Origin: Dimorphilus gyrociliatus
Lineage: Eukaryota; Animalia; Annelida
Assembly (NCBI GenBank): GCA_904063045.1
Contig: CAJFCJ010000008.1
Coordinates: 186,001 to 250,000 of the forward strand
DNA length: 64,000 nt
Direction: 5' to 3'
Shown here in pieces: positions 61,401 through 64,000 of this stretch. Numbering within the stretch: position 1 is the first letter of the stretch; every line of letters starts with the position of its first letter. The translations under genes and the position numbers were made by a program. The notes below the pieces were generated by a model. The model was not told where the DNA came from and did not search any database. It saw nothing but the letters and a program-made list of their open reading frames with translations.

Positions 61401-64000
61401 ATTATTATTCTATTTTAAATGAGAAATAAAATAAATTAGATAAATTATAATAATTAAAAGAAGTTTTTCTACTGAAAGTTAGGGATAAAAGTCGATAAAA
61501 CAGGAATAATAGGAAAGAAAGATAATTAGCGTATAAACACAGCTGAAATACACTAGTCTCTGATAGAAAGTACTCGTTAATTAATCTGAACGCATCCACA
61601 CAATAATTACGAGTTCAAAGATAACAAAAAAGAATATCTCAATAGTATAAGTATTTAATATCAATAGAGGTAGACCACGGGAAAAGGTAATTATAAGACA
61701 TTTACAGTATATACAGTACATATCTGTACGAATACTGTATATATTATATCTTCTTTTCTCCTTGTTTACTGTATTTCAAAATCAGCGAAATGGATCATTA
61801 AATTTTTAACCAGATTGTACAGAAGATTGATAGCAAAAGAAAAAAAAATCAATTGAAAAAGAATGATTCTCTAATACCTTTTACTTCTCGTCAGTTTTTC
61901 AATAATATTTCTAAGGCCCCTTAGCTTAAATTAGCCATTTAATTAAATCTCCCATCTCCCTACCTCCTCCTTCACTTACTCCCTCCTTCCCTCCCTCCCC
62001 TCTCTATTGCTCTTTAAGGAAAGAGGATTTAAGTTACACTTTTATTTTCTTTTTAAGACTTGCTTAAAATCTTGTTTTGTGCAATTTATATTGATTTTTA
62101 AATAAAGAAACAATCGTATTTGCATATTCCACGCTGTTCATAGACTATAAATGCATAGAATATATAAATTCAATACAGTAGTTTTAATGTATTTTTAAAA
62201 ATTATTATTCTAATGGCTTGTGTTTTATGAAATGCTCTATTTCCGTTTACTTTATTATTATTAGATAAGGAGAATATTTTATATCTTAGTTGTAGATTGG
62301 ATTAGGCTATTAAACGATGCAAAAAGAGCAAAGAGAAATAATTTCTCTCCCTCTCACCCTCTATCTCGCTCTCTCTCTCTCTCTCTCCTTCTCTCTTTGT
62401 AATGAGTTAGCCTATCACGTCCTTAATTAAGGCTAAAAATTGAATTAGTGAGAAAATTTCGAAGGACTATTAGAAGGTTTACAAGACGACCTCCATAAAT
62501 TCATATACAATTCAGGTATAATCCCATAATATTATTAATTTTGGGATAATTCTCATGAGATTTCTTTGAGCTTTTCTATTTAGTCTTCACGGCCTATAAT
62601 CCGTTAATTATTATCGTTAATGGCTTATCCGAGAAATAGCCTAAATTCTGTTATGAAATTGAAAGTATAAAATCTTATCAAGCTATCATAGTGTTGTGAC
62701 GCTAAGATATGGTGAATAAAATATAAATTTAAGATATTCAGTTGAATGAATAAGAAAATTTTGATAGAATATATCATATTGGTAAGCTTATCCTTCAAAT
62801 ATGCGCTCATTTTTCTTTTATATGCATAATATAGTTTTCAAAGTATTTAAATATGTTAATTTTCTTCCTATAGTTAGACTCTTTGGTAATGTAAAATCCC
62901 ATTAATCAAAACATCTCACATTAGATCTCACGGTTCTCTCATAAACGAACAACTAACGAATCAAGAAAAGATCACGTGATTACCTTGTACATCACGAAAA
63001 TAGTATATTAGTTTTAACCACATGAAATAAAAAAAATAACTGATTAGTAGACTAATTTGATCAATAAATTGATGGAATAGGTATTTGAGAGTGAAGATAG
63101 AATTGGATTAAGGGGAAGGGAAAGAGAAGTGTAGGTGGAATGATTGGAGAGCAAGATGGGTTGAAAGGTCAATCTTGTTTATATGTTTTGGTAAGACTGC
63201 ATCGAAGAGTTTGCACGCTTGATTTAATTCAAATACAGCCTGCGTAGATGGATAAGAAGAGAGTTTCGGAAATATATTTCTTAAATATTAAAAGCTTTGA
63301 AAGTGTCATTTTCTCTTATTAAATGTCTATAAATTTTCCAGCCTTTTCTCTCACTCTATATCTATCTCTATTTCTTTGCTAAAGATAAGCATAATTTACT
63401 TAGGAGCACAAAAGAGTTTATTTCCTATTCTCACTTTATCTAACTATTTTATCTTCCCTCGTTCTTATCTCTTCTCAATATACATTTTCGTTTTTATTGA
63501 ACGACCGTGAACTTCATTCGAATCACGTAGCACAAGGCCTCTTTAGAATAATAACTATATGTAGAAGAAAAAATGATGGATAATATCTGTAATATAATAC
63601 TACTTATTGTCCATTTGATAGTCTTTATGGACATGCACAAATTATTAAATGAATAGAGTATATCCACGATTTGCTAATAGCATACAACAATGAATTAGAA
63701 GGTGTTAAGATTTAAATACATTTATAAGAGATATATAATATAAAACCCTTCAACAGTGTCTTTATTCTTCCTTCTATTATCCGATTTTCCCTTTCTTTCT
63801 CTCCTCCTCTTTGTTCCTCGCCTTCTCTGTCTATCTTTCTATCATTTTTTTCTTGATAATAAATAGACTCTGGTCTATAATAGATAAAAGACAAGAATTG
63901 ACAAAAAAATTTTCCCTAGAAAATTATCTTCGATGTTTGTTTCTTTTCGCCTAAGTCTATTCCATCTCATCAATTAATTATGATTTTTTTCCCTTACTCT

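Noticed and set aside
1-64000. tRNA, rRNA, snRNA, CRISPR arrays, intact transposons or prokaryotic systems
   Set aside because: No recognisable signatures by eye; a covariance-model scan was not possible.

Overview
AT-rich animal genomic DNA with spliceosomal introns, mostly 55-92 nt. This fits a miniaturised lophotrochozoan genome; the annelid Dimorphilus is a plausible guess, not established here. Eight genes can be built exon by exon with consistent splice phases: an LRR-FN3-TM receptor (+); a receptor guanylyl cyclase (-); two head-to-head paralogues made of a small N-terminal domain plus an ITIH C-terminal (DPHF) domain; a rhodopsin-type peptide GPCR (-); an NK4/tinman/Nkx2.5 homeobox gene (-); a KChIP (-) whose roughly 30 kb upstream region holds several candidate alternative first exons; and a 2-SRCR lysyl oxidase-like gene (+). 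A decayed Tc1/mariner fragment lies near 2 kb. The strongest leads are (1) the leaderless DPHF gene pair, a possible stand-alone self-cleaving and covalent-tagging module; (2) NK4-KChIP-LOXL linkage matching the vertebrate NK paralogon; (3) swappable KChIP N-termini, one of which would nest LOXL inside KChIP; (4) a recursive-splice-like site; and (5) a dense array of CTCF-like motifs. All gene models and motif counts were made by eye, with no alignment or expression data.
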